Part shown: positions 18,747 to 28,739 of the stretch, piece by piece
Layout: each line of letters starts with the position of its first letter
Numbering within the stretch: position 1 is the first letter of the stretch
Virus record (IMG/VR): IMGVR_UViG_3300043434_000700
Location: 3,642-67,641 of that record
DNA: 64,000 nucleotides
Reading direction: 5' to 3' (one strand)
Source: a virus
Notes under the pieces: model-generated
Seen by the model: the letters and a program-made list of their open reading frames with translations, nothing else
Database searches by the model: none
What the model was told of the DNA's origin: nothing
Made by a program: the position numbers and the translations under genes

Positions 18747-19820
18747 TTATTCCTCGACTACTTCAGGAGCTTCTGCAGGAACACTCTTGTCAAAGATGTG
18801 TGGGTTAGCAGTAATGTCAGCCATTACACGATCCAAACATCCATCATCGTTGCGTTCCCAACCTTTGCGGAACTTCTTGATAATCTCACCATCAGCTGTT
18901 GTGTAAAGCAAGCTATTGCCTTCCTTCTTCAACATACCTTTGCCTTCGATCAAGTCAGTCAAACCGCTGTATGGGTTCATACCTGTTTCATAAGGAATCT
19001 TAACTTGCACACTTTCAAAAGGTTTGGCATAACGTGTTTTCATGATTTTACATGCGGCACGAATACCTTTAACTTCTGAAACTTTGTTACCGTCTTCGTC
19101 TTCCTTCAACTTCAACTTACGCATAGCAACTACAATAGAAGATGCATAGATAAAGCCTTGACCACCGGAGATCTTGTCATCTGGATCAAACATGTCCTGG
19201 CTTGCGTATGTGTGGTTAGTTGCCACTAGACCCAAGTTCAAGTCACCAAACATGTTTACACAGTTACGAACAAGTGCTGTTAGTGCCTTAGGCTTACGAC
19301 CCATGTCACCTTTCATGTCACCTGCGTTAAACTGGTTAACGTCTGTTGGAGTCAACAGCATACCTAAAGAGTCAAGTACAAACAAGACCTTTGGACGGCT
19401 GTCTTCTGGCATGGCTTTGTATTGTGTAACGAATTCGCTAATCATCTTGGCAACGTCGTCAATCATGGCCATGTTGAGTTTTAGCAACTTGTCTTCGGCG
19501 GTATCAACGCCTAAGGCGTGCAACCACTTTTCATCCAATGCGTTTTCTGTGTCGATTAGAATTGGAAAGATGCCTTGCTTTTGTGCATTAGCAACCAAGT
19601 TGCCAGAACAAATAAAGGACTTACCAGCACCAGATTCGCCAGCGAACACAGTAACCTTGCCCATTGGAATACCACGAGTAAAGTCGCCACTGATCAAATA
19701 GTTTAGTGCATAGTTGTTAGTAGAGACCCAATCAGTTGGGTCGTTAAAGCCTACAGATAGGCCTTCAATTGATTTCGTAATACTTTTACGAAACTTTGAT
19801 ACGTCAAATGCTTTTGCCAT
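18747..19820 (-). CDS. uvsX: RecA-like recombinase UvsX
   Basis: GESGAGKS, IDTENA, VLDSLG, SGGQG..YASS motifs. Confidence 0.93.
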   Translation of the reverse strand: MAKAFDVSKFRKSITKSIEGLSVGFNDPTDWVSTNNYALNYLISGDFTRGIPMGKVTVFAGESGAGKSFICSGNLVANAQKQGIFPILIDTENALDEKWLHALGVDTAEDKLLKLNMAMIDDVAKMISEFVTQYKAMPEDSRPKVLFVLDSLGMLLTPTDVNQFNAGDMKGDMGRKPKALTALVRNCVNMFGDLNLGLVATNHTYASQDMFDPDDKISGGQGFIYASSIVVAMRKLKLKEDEDGNKVSEVKGIRAACKIMKTRYAKPFESVQVKIPYETGMNPYSGLTDLIEGKGMLKKEGNSLLYTTADGEIIKKFRKGWERNDDGCLDRVMADITANPHIFDKSVPAEAPEVVEE

Positions 19821-19841
19821 TATATTCCTTGTAGATGAAGT

Positions 19842-19862
19842 GGGAGAGCATCATGCTCTCCC
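19842..19862 (-). other. hairpin between gp32 and uvsX
   Basis: GGGAGAGCA-TGA-TGCTCTCCC; no U-tract, so more likely a stabilising or processing stem. Confidence 0.6.
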
Positions 19863-19871
19863 GTGTGTCAA

Positions 19872-20900
19872 TTAGGCTTGACGGCTACGAATCATCTTAA
19901 GGATGTCGTCAACACTTGGCTTTGCGCCAGCTTCGGCTGCTGGTGCTGCCGCTTGTGCAACTGGTGCTGGTGCTGCCGCTTGTGCAACTGGTGCAACTGG
20001 TGCTGGTGCTGCCGCTTGTGCAACTGGTGCAACTGGTGCCGGACGAGCCGCAGGAGCTGCCTTAGGTGCTGGAGTATCCTCATCTGCCTCACCAGCTGGT
20101 GCGTTGGCAATCTGCACGCCACTTGGACGATAGAACTTGCCCCACTGCTCTGGGTCGTACAACTTGCCTTCAACTGACGCTTCGAACATTTCAAAGATTG
20201 CTCTTTGTTCGTCGATGCCGGGACGCTTTGGCATAAAGTCGTTCAAGTTGAACAAGCCGTGTGTAGCAATTGCTTGCAGTTCTTCTTCGTTCAAGCCACG
20301 CTCTTTACGAGCCCAACCAGAAGTAGAGTAGTCAGCATAACCACCTTTTTGTGTCTTGTTAAGACGGAAGTCTGTACCTGCTTGGTAGTCAGTTGGAATA
20401 TTTTCCATGTCTGGATCCATCAACGCTTGCTTGATAAGCGTAAAGATTTGTGGACTGATCACAAAGCGACGGATTGGATTTTCTGGAACGCTGTCTTCTT
20501 CCATTGGGCTGTTTACAACAAAGCCTTGGAAAACGTAAGAACGCTTCTTCCAGTATGTGCGGCCAAGTGCTTCCATGTTAGGATCTTTGAACCATGGGCG
20601 GATAGTAGCATGTACTGGACATGTTTCGCCCCACATTTCAACGCAAGGTACTTGTACAAATACTTTTTTGTTTTCGTCTTGACCAGCGACACCAGCGAAT
20701 GGGATCTTGATCATCTGACGTTCACGCCAAAAGAATGTGTTTGTTTCGTCTGCGTCTGGGAGGAATCGAAGTGAGGCCGAAGTGCCTTCGGGGATGTTCC
20801 AGTGTGCGTAAATGGAATTGTCTCCACCACCTTGTTTAGTACCACTAGATTTTTGTGCTTGCTCTGCTAGTCGAGCGCGGATTTCTGCTAATGTTGCCAT
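19872..20900 (-). CDS. 32: single-stranded DNA-binding protein (gp32 family)
   Basis: LRFLP, CVEMWGETCPV, YWKKRSY, GTDF.L.K..KGGYADYSTS; Ala/Pro linker. Confidence 0.88.
   Translation of the reverse strand: MATLAEIRARLAEQAQKSSGTKQGGGDNSIYAHWNIPEGTSASLRFLPDADETNTFFWRERQMIKIPFAGVAGQDENKKVFVQVPCVEMWGETCPVHATIRPWFKDPNMEALGRTYWKKRSYVFQGFVVNSPMEEDSVPENPIRRFVISPQIFTLIKQALMDPDMENIPTDYQAGTDFRLNKTQKGGYADYSTSGWARKERGLNEEELQAIATHGLFNLNDFMPKRPGIDEQRAIFEMFEASVEGKLYDPEQWGKFYRPSGVQIANAPAGEADEDTPAPKAAPAARPAPVAPVAQAAAPAPVAPVAQAAAPAPVAQAAAPAAEAGAKPSVDDILKMIRSRQA
19939..20040. repeat. tandem repeat encoding the AAAPAPVAPVAQ linker of gp32
   Basis: GCTGGTGCTGCCGCTTGTGCAACTGGTGC unit repeated 3 times. Confidence 0.85.
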
Positions 20901-20955
20901 AATGTTTTACCTTTAATGAGTTAAGTTTGAGTGTTAAGCCCTATAGCGGACTAAA

Positions 20956-21018
20956 ACAACACATGCGTTTTCTTTGTGCATGTGTTGTAGTATACTTATG
21001 ATCTAGAATTAAAGCAAG
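20956..21018 (-). promoter_or_regulatory. gp32 promoter and 5' leader hairpin
   Basis: TTGCTT-17-TATACT (overlapping a TAAGTA box) followed by the 11-bp stem ACAACACATGC/GCATGTGTTGT. Confidence 0.6.
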
Positions 21019-21045
21019 AGGCTTTTTCGCCTTATTTCGGACAAA

Positions 21046-21912
21046 TTAGCCGAAAAGGCGATTTAAGGAAGATTCAAGGTCGGCAACTGCTTCAGACACC
21101 ATATCATTAGGTTGTAGTGGTGCTGAACCTGGCTCGTTGGCTGGTAGTTGGTATTCGGTAATGCCACTTAGGTCGCCTGTACGTGCGGCACGTTCCATCA
21201 TGCGCTTCAACATGATCACTTCGCTTTTGCCACGGCTGCGAATGTTGTTTACTTGATCTGTTTCTTCTAGACGCTTGCTCCAGCGTAGTAGTTCCATAAT
21301 GTCCTTACGACGACGAGAGATTTCAACAATCTTAGTGCCAAGTTCGTCCCAAGGTTTGCCGCCAGACTCAACGTGTAAAGCCATAACACGAGCACCTAAC
21401 AAGTGGTTGTATGGGAAACGGAAACGCTCGCCATCTTTTTCCACAAATAGAGCTTGAATGTTTCGGCTACGTGCGCCTGGCTTTTCCTCAGTTACTGACT
21501 TGGTGTGAGCCAAACGAATCTGTGTGCTACCTAATGGATGGTAGCTGATCTTTAAACTGTTACGACCTTCTGTAACTGTTTCTGTGCGGTGAGCCATTTT
21601 CTTTGGTTCAATGTCGCCTTCGTAACTACGGATAGTTGTGCCGTACAAGTAACGTCTGGCAACTGCTTGGATGCGCGGTTTGAATTCAGTTTTGAACCAC
21701 TCTACGTCAGTGGTACTTGGATCATACCATACTTCAACGTCAGTGTTGTCGTAGTTGACCATAACCATAATGTTTTGGTCTGGCACATATTGATAAACTG
21801 CTTGCTCTTGGTCAAGAGTGCCTTTACCATCTGTATCTTTAAATGTAGAATTGTGGCTTACCCCTGCTACTGTAGCGGCTAGTTCTTTGGTTAGTTGTTC
21901 TCTTGTAGGCAT
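21046..21912 (-). CDS. hypothetical late protein
   Basis: 288-aa ORF; TAAATA 5 nt before ATG. Confidence 0.75.
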   Translation of the reverse strand: MPTREQLTKELAATVAGVSHNSTFKDTDGKGTLDQEQAVYQYVPDQNIMVMVNYDNTDVEVWYDPSTTDVEWFKTEFKPRIQAVARRYLYGTTIRSYEGDIEPKKMAHRTETVTEGRNSLKISYHPLGSTQIRLAHTKSVTEEKPGARSRNIQALFVEKDGERFRFPYNHLLGARVMALHVESGGKPWDELGTKIVEISRRRKDIMELLRWSKRLEETDQVNNIRSRGKSEVIMLKRMMERAARTGDLSGITEYQLPANEPGSAPLQPNDMVSEAVADLESSLNRLFG

Positions 21913-21924
21913 AGTCTTATTTAG

Positions 21925-23475
21925 TTATAGGAAGCCAATTGGCATTGGTCTTAATACTTCATCTGTACCTGCATTTACAAGCCTGTCATACGTGCCAGTA
22001 TCCCAGGTCATAACAACTTCTGTCATACGTAGCACTAAAATAGTTGCCATAACTAGGTCGTCTGTTTCGCCTTCTTTGGCTGCAAAACTTGCACCACGGG
22101 CAATAAAGTTCTTTAGCTCACGTAGCAAGTTATGACTGTAAATTGTCATCTTGTCGCTTTCGACATAGTTCTTTAAACGCATGCAAGCTGTAATTTTAGT
22201 CTTGTGTGTAGTGTTAAAGCCTCTGCGTCCGCGACTTTGGCCGGCACGACGAATTTCCTGTACAAATGTACCCGGGATGTGTTCTTCCCCAAATTCTCGA
22301 ATACTAATTAAGGCTGCTTCGCCAATGGTGTTGTTTTCAACTGACCAGTATAGTTCCACGTTGCCTTTGGTCTCATCTTGCATCCACTTTAGAATAGAAA
22401 CAAGTGTGCGAAGCTGTCCTTGGATATCAGTTTTGTTATGTTGCCATTCGGCTACTTGTTCTAGCTCCGGTAGCTTAAACACTTGAATAGCCGCAGGGTC
22501 TCCGCCTGTGCCTAAACTTGGATCCCATCCAATAACGTATGCGCTTTGCTGTTGTGGATACTTGTAAATACGGACTTGGCCCATTTTGCCATTTGGATCT
22601 TTGCTTTCCATTGTAATCAACTTCATCGAGTTGACTAGCGTTTCGTCAGCAATAACGAATTCACATTCGTGTTCGCGTAGGAATCGTTCTTCGCCGATCT
22701 TTACACGTTCTGTTGCGGCCCATGCTTCATCACGATCTGGGTGGGCGCTCCAGATAAACTTAATACTTGCGAAACCGTTGCGGCCTAGCTTTTGCGGATT
22801 ACCATACTCATCAATGTTCTTGGTAGCATCTTTCCAAATACGAGCAAACTGGTCATCGTCTTGGTTAGGCGTAGAAGTGATAATACACTTACCACCAGTT
22901 GACAATGTAGGAGAGATAGAAGTCCAGAACTCGCTAGCAATACGCGGCTTGACGAATGCAAACTCGTCACAATAAATTAGGGACAATGACATACCACGAG
23001 CAGTTGTTTCTGTTGTGGTAGTTGAGATAATACGGCTACCGTTGTCAAAGTCAATGCTACCTTTGTTATAACTTGTAGCGCCAGCTTTTAAAAATTCAGG
23101 AAGTGTTTCGTATGTGTAACGAACACGTTGCATAATTTCTTGTGCGCCAGCAAACTTGTGTGCGGCAATAAGAATAGTTTGATCTGCCATGAACATAGCA
23201 CGCCATACCAAGTATGCGGCTGCACATGCAGTCTTGCCCATTTGACGACCCAGCATGTTAATACTATAGCGATTCTCATGGTAACACATAATGAGTTCGC
23301 GCTGATAATCAAACAGTTTAAATTTTACTTTACCTTTAGTAGGGTGCTGTACCCAACAATAGTTGTCAATGAAGTATACTGGATCAGTAGCACAGATGGC
23401 AAGTTCACGGACATGTTCGTCCGTGAACTTCTCTACTTTGAAAGGTGTCTTTACAAAAGTATTTTCGGTTGGCAC
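21925..23475 (-). CDS. 17: terminase large subunit
   Basis: LFDYQ, GRQMGKT, IYCDEFAF, ITSTP, GWDPSLG and DDLVMA motifs. Confidence 0.95.
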   Translation of the reverse strand: MPTENTFVKTPFKVEKFTDEHVRELAICATDPVYFIDNYCWVQHPTKGKVKFKLFDYQRELIMCYHENRYSINMLGRQMGKTACAAAYLVWRAMFMADQTILIAAHKFAGAQEIMQRVRYTYETLPEFLKAGATSYNKGSIDFDNGSRIISTTTTETTARGMSLSLIYCDEFAFVKPRIASEFWTSISPTLSTGGKCIITSTPNQDDDQFARIWKDATKNIDEYGNPQKLGRNGFASIKFIWSAHPDRDEAWAATERVKIGEERFLREHECEFVIADETLVNSMKLITMESKDPNGKMGQVRIYKYPQQQSAYVIGWDPSLGTGGDPAAIQVFKLPELEQVAEWQHNKTDIQGQLRTLVSILKWMQDETKGNVELYWSVENNTIGEAALISIREFGEEHIPGTFVQEIRRAGQSRGRRGFNTTHKTKITACMRLKNYVESDKMTIYSHNLLRELKNFIARGASFAAKEGETDDLVMATILVLRMTEVVMTWDTGTYDRLVNAGTDEVLRPMPIGFL

Positions 23476-23488
23476 AAGGGCCTCCTAA

Positions 23489-24646
23489 TTACTTCTTGCG
23501 GCTGATAGACTCAGCAACAAACTTTCGGTATTCACCCATTGCGTCTTGGAATTTCTGCTCTACAGTAGATTCTTCTAGACCCATTGGATTTTCACCTTGG
23601 TTGTTAGCACGGTTTGCACCGTATGCTTTATTACCTGCACCGTCACCTTTACCGCTTGGTAAAGAATCAAACTCAGTTGGCTCGTTCATTGAAGTGCCTT
23701 CTGGGCTGTTCATTAGTTTGCTTTCAGCAAAACCAGATAGCTTCATAATGCGACCTAGTTCGTCTGTGTATGCTTCACCTTCGTATACGCCTTGGCCAAA
23801 TACAGAGTTAGTTGCAGGAGCTTCTTCCTTAACTTCTTTGTCTTTGTCTGCCCAGTCTGGTACACCGTCACCATCAGCATCTGGCTTCTTGTTGTCGTCT
23901 TTGTCGTCAGCTTTATCTTCGGCTGTCTTGTCACCGTTCTTCTTAGCAATCATTTTTGCAAATGCGGCTTTTTGTGCGGCGCTTTGTGCTTCGTTAGTTA
24001 CACCAGCTAATTGAAGAATACGTGCTGTTTCTTCGTCTAGTTCTTCTGACTCGCCAACTTCTTTCTTAGCGGCTTCGTCGTCGGCCTTTTTACGAGCTTC
24101 TTCTTCGGCATCAGTTTCTGTACCGCCATATACACCAGAACCTGCTTGGTGTGTTAAGCCAGTTGCAGTTTGCGTTACTTTACCACCTTTAGAAGTGTAT
24201 GACGTATCGCCTACTGCTTCTTCAACATCGTCTTCCTCTTCAGATTCTTCCTCTTCAGATTCGCCGCCTTGTTCTGCTTCGTGATCAGCCATGTCATGGT
24301 CGCCATCGCCATCAACATCGCCTGGTACATCGTCTGCTGCCACTGTAGGTTCTGCACCAACATACATAACTGCTGGCTCTTCAGCACCTGGCATTTCGCC
24401 TGGCATCTCAGCAGGCCCGTCGGCCGCAACGCCACCAACTTGAATACCTGCTAGTTTTAAGATGTTTGCAATTTCATCGGCGCTGTCTGTTGTAACGCTA
24501 ATGTTCTTACCCGGCATGTTAATGGTAACAGTCATTGGGCCTTCGCCTTCAGGAGTCTGACCAGTTACACCAGCCATATCATCCCAGCATTCACCAATGC
24601 CTTCTTTGGCAATACGGATGCTTTCATTTACTTGTTTCTTAGTCAT
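23489..24646 (-). CDS. acidic low-complexity prohead/internal head protein
   Basis: Very Glu-rich; three I-x-x-L-(A/S)-G motifs; DxDGDG motifs. Confidence 0.6.
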   Translation of the reverse strand: MTKKQVNESIRIAKEGIGECWDDMAGVTGQTPEGEGPMTVTINMPGKNISVTTDSADEIANILKLAGIQVGGVAADGPAEMPGEMPGAEEPAVMYVGAEPTVAADDVPGDVDGDGDHDMADHEAEQGGESEEEESEEEDDVEEAVGDTSYTSKGGKVTQTATGLTHQAGSGVYGGTETDAEEEARKKADDEAAKKEVGESEELDEETARILQLAGVTNEAQSAAQKAAFAKMIAKKNGDKTAEDKADDKDDNKKPDADGDGVPDWADKDKEVKEEAPATNSVFGQGVYEGEAYTDELGRIMKLSGFAESKLMNSPEGTSMNEPTEFDSLPSGKGDGAGNKAYGANRANNQGENPMGLEESTVEQKFQDAMGEYRKFVAESISRKK

Positions 24647-25251
24647 TATTTTTCTCCCTTGCCTGGAACAGCAATGTTATTTTGTTTTGTACCGATTGGG
24701 CTAGTCTTGCCATCGGCTGGGCCTTCATAGTCAGGTCCCGATGTGATTTTACCAACGTTTTGTGTAATGTTAGCTTTGCGCTCTTTACCGGCTTTGTCAG
24801 CGGCGGCCAATGTATCTTGATTGTACTTGTCGCCAACTGTGTCAGCGCAAGTACTACCAGCTTCAGAGTCATTACCAATCAGTGGCTTGTATTCACCTTC
24901 TGGTTTTTCTTCTTCAATTTGCTGTTCAATTGGTTCGTTACGACCAAATACTTTAAGTACTCCGTCTGCAATGTACATTAGACTTTTTAGCTCGCCTTCC
25001 AAAACTGGAGGGCTAACTGGTAAGCGTGTTACTACATCAACAATAACAATTTCGTGACCACCAAGTTGTGGAAAGTCCATTGGCACTGCTTGCAACATTA
25101 GCTTTTCTGGGCGGCCAACTTCTAGTGCATCATACTTTTTCATATGGCGCTCTAGAGACTCAAGTTGGCGATCTGACGGCTGAAAAGCCATCTTAACACG
25201 GTAGCGGTGTTCGCGCTGTAACTGATTAATATACTCTAATAGTGTGGGCAT
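24646..25251 (-). CDS. hypothetical late protein
   Basis: 201 aa; late box at ~25274 and GAGG RBS. Confidence 0.75.
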   Translation of the reverse strand: MPTLLEYINQLQREHRYRVKMAFQPSDRQLESLERHMKKYDALEVGRPEKLMLQAVPMDFPQLGGHEIVIVDVVTRLPVSPPVLEGELKSLMYIADGVLKVFGRNEPIEQQIEEEKPEGEYKPLIGNDSEAGSTCADTVGDKYNQDTLAAADKAGKERKANITQNVGKITSGPDYEGPADGKTSPIGTKQNNIAVPGKGEK

Positions 25252-25271
25252 AATTAAATCCTCTCATAAGA

Positions 25272-25778
25272 CTATTTATTATGACCAACGCTCTTTAGGA
25301 TTGCTTGCACGATATCATTGCGATTTCCCATCAATCCGCCTTCTGTTGCGTCTAATACGTTACTAGAATCCGAGTTCTTTTCCTCTCGATCCATACGTGC
25401 TTTACGCAACTGCAATTCAACCATTTTTAGCTTTTTATCTATTTTGGCTGTTTTTGCATCCACTGCTGTTTTCAACAGTTGGGCGGCAACTTCAAAGATT
25501 TTGCCTGCATTTCTATCATCTACGTTAAATCCCAAATCCATCAAACGCTCGCTTTGTTCTTGCGCGGTGTTTGCTAACTTGTCTAGTTCACGCTCTGCTG
25601 TTGCCATGTCTGTTACAGTAGGCAATGCAATATCAACACGGTTTGCCATGTCAATAGTAGCGGTAGCTACATCAAGCTGTTGCTGAATTTCTTCAGAAAC
25701 TTCTGGTTGTGTGTGGTCTGAAGCAGTTGCTTCCTCAATAGGTGGGAAACCAAATACTTCTTCTAATTTCTTAGTCAT
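25272..25778 (-). CDS. probable terminase small subunit
   Basis: Helical; GKIFEVAAQLLK and C-terminal G.RNDI resemble gp16; near gp17. Confidence 0.55.
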   Translation of the reverse strand: MTKKLEEVFGFPPIEEATASDHTQPEVSEEIQQQLDVATATIDMANRVDIALPTVTDMATAERELDKLANTAQEQSERLMDLGFNVDDRNAGKIFEVAAQLLKTAVDAKTAKIDKKLKMVELQLRKARMDREEKNSDSSNVLDATEGGLMGNRNDIVQAILKSVGHNK

Positions 25779-25793
25779 GCACTTACTTATGAC

Positions 25794-26243
25794 TTACTTG
25801 CGGCGTTTGCGTGTTGGATTAGCGTTATTGTAGATGTCTTCTTCCGTTAGGATACGGAATGTTGCGCCCATGCGCTTGCACCAGATTTGTGCGGCTTGCC
25901 ACTTGCACATATTAAGTGCTACAGCCATCTTTTCTTGCTGGCTACGAGCCAGTTCCATGACTGCTTGTGCTTTGGGTTTGATTTCAATGAGTTCAGCACG
26001 GTTAACTCCATTGACTTGGTACGTTACCAAAAAGTCTGGAACGTAATAGGTGTCTTTGCCTGTAAAGGGGTTTTTGTAAGGTATACGAACGCATTCGCTT
26101 GCCCAGCTTACTACACTAGGGTGGTTGTCACAGAAACGCATAAACGTTAATTCCCAACCACTGCGATACTTGGGAGTACCTTTGCCTACGTACTTCTCAG
26201 GATTCAATATAGTGTAAAATCCCTGTGAATAGTTGTTAGCCAT
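25794..26243 (-). CDS. 4: head completion nuclease (gp4, TnsA-like PD-(D/E)xK)
   Basis: NPEKYVG, YRSGWE..FM, WASE, YVPDF, IEIKP and KW.AA motifs. Confidence 0.88.
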   Translation of the reverse strand: MANNYSQGFYTILNPEKYVGKGTPKYRSGWELTFMRFCDNHPSVVSWASECVRIPYKNPFTGKDTYYVPDFLVTYQVNGVNRAELIEIKPKAQAVMELARSQQEKMAVALNMCKWQAAQIWCKRMGATFRILTEEDIYNNANPTRKRRK

Positions 26244-26530
26244 TATAGTTCACGATTTGCTATTGGAGAAACTGCTACTGCTGTTTTCTTAGTATAACGA
26301 ATTGTATCAGGTAAGGTAGTGTTAATGTGATCAAGCACAGATTGGTCTACATCTAATGTTCCCTTGCTTACTGCACGTTCGATAAGAGCTTTAAAATTTA
26401 GTCCTAGGTCAATGCTTGCTTTCCACAAGGCCATTACAATTTGTTCTGCAGGGGAACGACCAAGTCCTAAACTTAGTACCTGTTGTACCGCACGATCAAA
26501 ATCAACTTGAGGTATTACTTTGTATGCCAT
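26243..26530 (-). CDS. hypothetical protein
   Basis: 95-aa ORF coupled to gp4. Confidence 0.7.
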   Translation of the reverse strand: MAYKVIPQVDFDRAVQQVLSLGLGRSPAEQIVMALWKASIDLGLNFKALIERAVSKGTLDVDQSVLDHINTTLPDTIRYTKKTAVAVSPIANREL

Positions 26531-26532
26531 GA

Positions 26533-27990
26533 TTAATAGTCCGTTGGTTTGTTAGTTTTCTTAACGTACTGCTGTTCTTTGTTAGCTTGAGCACTTGTAG
26601 TTGATGGATTATTATTAACACTTTGTGGTACATATCTATCGGTCATTGATCCGTCTGCGTTACGAGTGCGTACTTGAGAACTATATCTTGGCGCTGATCG
26701 CAATGCATCTGCTTCTGCCATTTTTCTAGACGTCTCTTGCGATTGCAAACTGTTTGTTCGTGGAGGGTATTTTTCCAATCCGGCCAAGTACGCTTTCTTA
26801 TATTCGGGATTCATTCCACGATCGTCTTGAACATACGCAGATTCCTTCTTAACAAATTCTTGGTTGGCAGCACTCAATGGTTTTCTACTTTGCACTGAGT
26901 CGGGTGTTTTAGGAACCGAGTCTTGTGTCTTATTGACTACTGCTGGGGTTGTTGCACCAGTGCTAGGACTTACTGTACCTGCACGGGCCAGGCGTGCAGT
27001 TTCTGCGTCAGATTGGTTATTAGCTACTAGGGCTCGCTCTCGCTTTAGTGTTTCAATGTATCGTGCGTTTGGTGGTAATGTAGGATCGCTACCTCTGCTG
27101 AATCTAGCAATTTCTTTATCGTATTCAGCAGTTGATACATATCGTGTTTTCTCAGCCGCGGGAAATGCTGTAGTGCTTGCAGGCGCAGTTTGTGTTTTAT
27201 TTCTATGTCTTGCTGATTGCTTTGTCAAGTTTGGATTACCCCAAGCCGCGCCAAGCGGGCCGTTATCTTCTCCCCCGGCTTGTCTCCATTTACTTGGTCC
27301 TGTTTCAACATTAGCGTCAGCTTTGGGCGGCTTTGTAATTGGGACCGACACAACAGACGGTTTTGATGGTGGCTTAGGCAATGCTTTAATACCTGCACCT
27401 TTGTCACCTTTTCGTGGTCCCTTAAATTCAAGGCCTTTAACCCCGTCTATGTTTAAATCTTCGTAACGAAGTGTGATTGTCCAAACAACTGGATCGCTTG
27501 TCGAGTAATCTAATGTGTCGTGTTGAGCATCAACAATGAATGCATTAAGCAATGTATAGACTTTATCGTCTCCTTCGCCACTTAAATTTTTCATTGTAAT
27601 TTTTACTGTCAATGGTAATATACCATTCTTCTTAGTAACGTCTGGTGAATCAAATTGCCCTTTAACAAACTCCCAAATCAAACTTTCAGCAACATCATTG
27701 GTTTGATCATAAAACGTCATAGTAATAGGTTCATAGTTCATTTTAGTCTGGACTATGGTCTTATGATTGTAAACGTTTACTACTTGTGTTTCAACTGAGA
27801 AGCGTGGAAGCTCACAAGTCTTTGCAACAAGTGGGCCAGTAGACTGTAGGCCTTTTGCTTCGCCGCCTTCGCCCAGTGACAATTCAACTTCCCAAGCAAA
27901 TTTTAAGTATGGGAATCCGTCACCCAGCGGGCCAGAATTGACCTGCTTGTCGTTAAGTAAAAGTTTTGTTGCTAAATTTGTAAACGCCAT
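26533..27990 (-). CDS. tail-tube-fold protein (gp19/gp54-like) with long low-complexity C-terminal extension
   Basis: Start MAFTNL at 27990; CELPRF...YEPITMTFYD...LDYS...ITLRYE tube-family pattern. Confidence 0.7.
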   Translation of the reverse strand: MAFTNLATKLLLNDKQVNSGPLGDGFPYLKFAWEVELSLGEGGEAKGLQSTGPLVAKTCELPRFSVETQVVNVYNHKTIVQTKMNYEPITMTFYDQTNDVAESLIWEFVKGQFDSPDVTKKNGILPLTVKITMKNLSGEGDDKVYTLLNAFIVDAQHDTLDYSTSDPVVWTITLRYEDLNIDGVKGLEFKGPRKGDKGAGIKALPKPPSKPSVVSVPITKPPKADANVETGPSKWRQAGGEDNGPLGAAWGNPNLTKQSARHRNKTQTAPASTTAFPAAEKTRYVSTAEYDKEIARFSRGSDPTLPPNARYIETLKRERALVANNQSDAETARLARAGTVSPSTGATTPAVVNKTQDSVPKTPDSVQSRKPLSAANQEFVKKESAYVQDDRGMNPEYKKAYLAGLEKYPPRTNSLQSQETSRKMAEADALRSAPRYSSQVRTRNADGSMTDRYVPQSVNNNPSTTSAQANKEQQYVKKTNKPTDY

Positions 27991-28001
27991 TGTATTCAAT
28001 G

Positions 28002-28027
28002 GAAAAGGGTTATTTCTAACCCTTTTC
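28002..28027 (-). terminator. hairpin/terminator after tail tube gene
   Basis: GAAAAGGGTTA-GAAA-TAACCCTTTTC. Confidence 0.6.
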
Positions 28028-28093
28028 TTTCTCCTTAGTAAGGGCAAGCATTTCTGCTTACACTTACTTATCACTTATAGTTAAAGCGGACTA

Positions 28094-28714
28094 TTACTCC
28101 GGTGACTCACCAGCCGAGCTTGAATCGAGACCGTTATCGCCTAAACCGCCTTCTAGGGCATCAGTACCACCAATATTGTGGTTAGCGTTATCGTACTTGA
28201 TTGTAATAGAGATTTGTAGCGGATCGCTTGTTGCATAGTTGTTCTCACCGTAGTTTACGTTAGAGATATAGCAACCAGCCAACTGCCATGCATCTAAAAC
28301 TTCGCCTGGTTGACCACCATCTAAGTTTTCAATAGCCATACCAAACTTGTAGCCGCCGCCTGCGCGAACGCTGGCTTGGTTAGCATGGTCAACTTGCTTT
28401 TGCATTTGTGATGCAATAGCTCGTGCTACATTGCCTGTAACGTCATCACGTACTGTTAGTGTGATATCGTCCCAGTTGTGTTTGCCTGCTAACTTAATAC
28501 GTGAATTGTAAACATCTACAACTACGTCATCGTGTGTTAGGCTTGGACGACTTACACTTACAACTTGACTTGTTAGCTCTAAGTTTTGCAAAGGGTCGCT
28601 GTCTGAGCCAAATCCGTTTAATCTAACGCGGAAGCGATATGATAGCTTAGGTTGTACTAGAACCGCGCCTTCATTGCCTCCTGGTACGTTAAATTTGTCT
28701 AATTGAACTGCCAT
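28094..28714 (-). CDS. 19: tail tube protein
   Basis: PKLSYRFRV, RPSL, AGKHNWDDITLT, W.L.GC, I.YDNA; follows sheath. Confidence 0.88.
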   Translation of the reverse strand: MAVQLDKFNVPGGNEGAVLVQPKLSYRFRVRLNGFGSDSDPLQNLELTSQVVSVSRPSLTHDDVVVDVYNSRIKLAGKHNWDDITLTVRDDVTGNVARAIASQMQKQVDHANQASVRAGGGYKFGMAIENLDGGQPGEVLDAWQLAGCYISNVNYGENNYATSDPLQISITIKYDNANHNIGGTDALEGGLGDNGLDSSSAGESPE

Positions 28715-28739
28715 TTTATGTGTCTCCTGTTAGTGTTAT

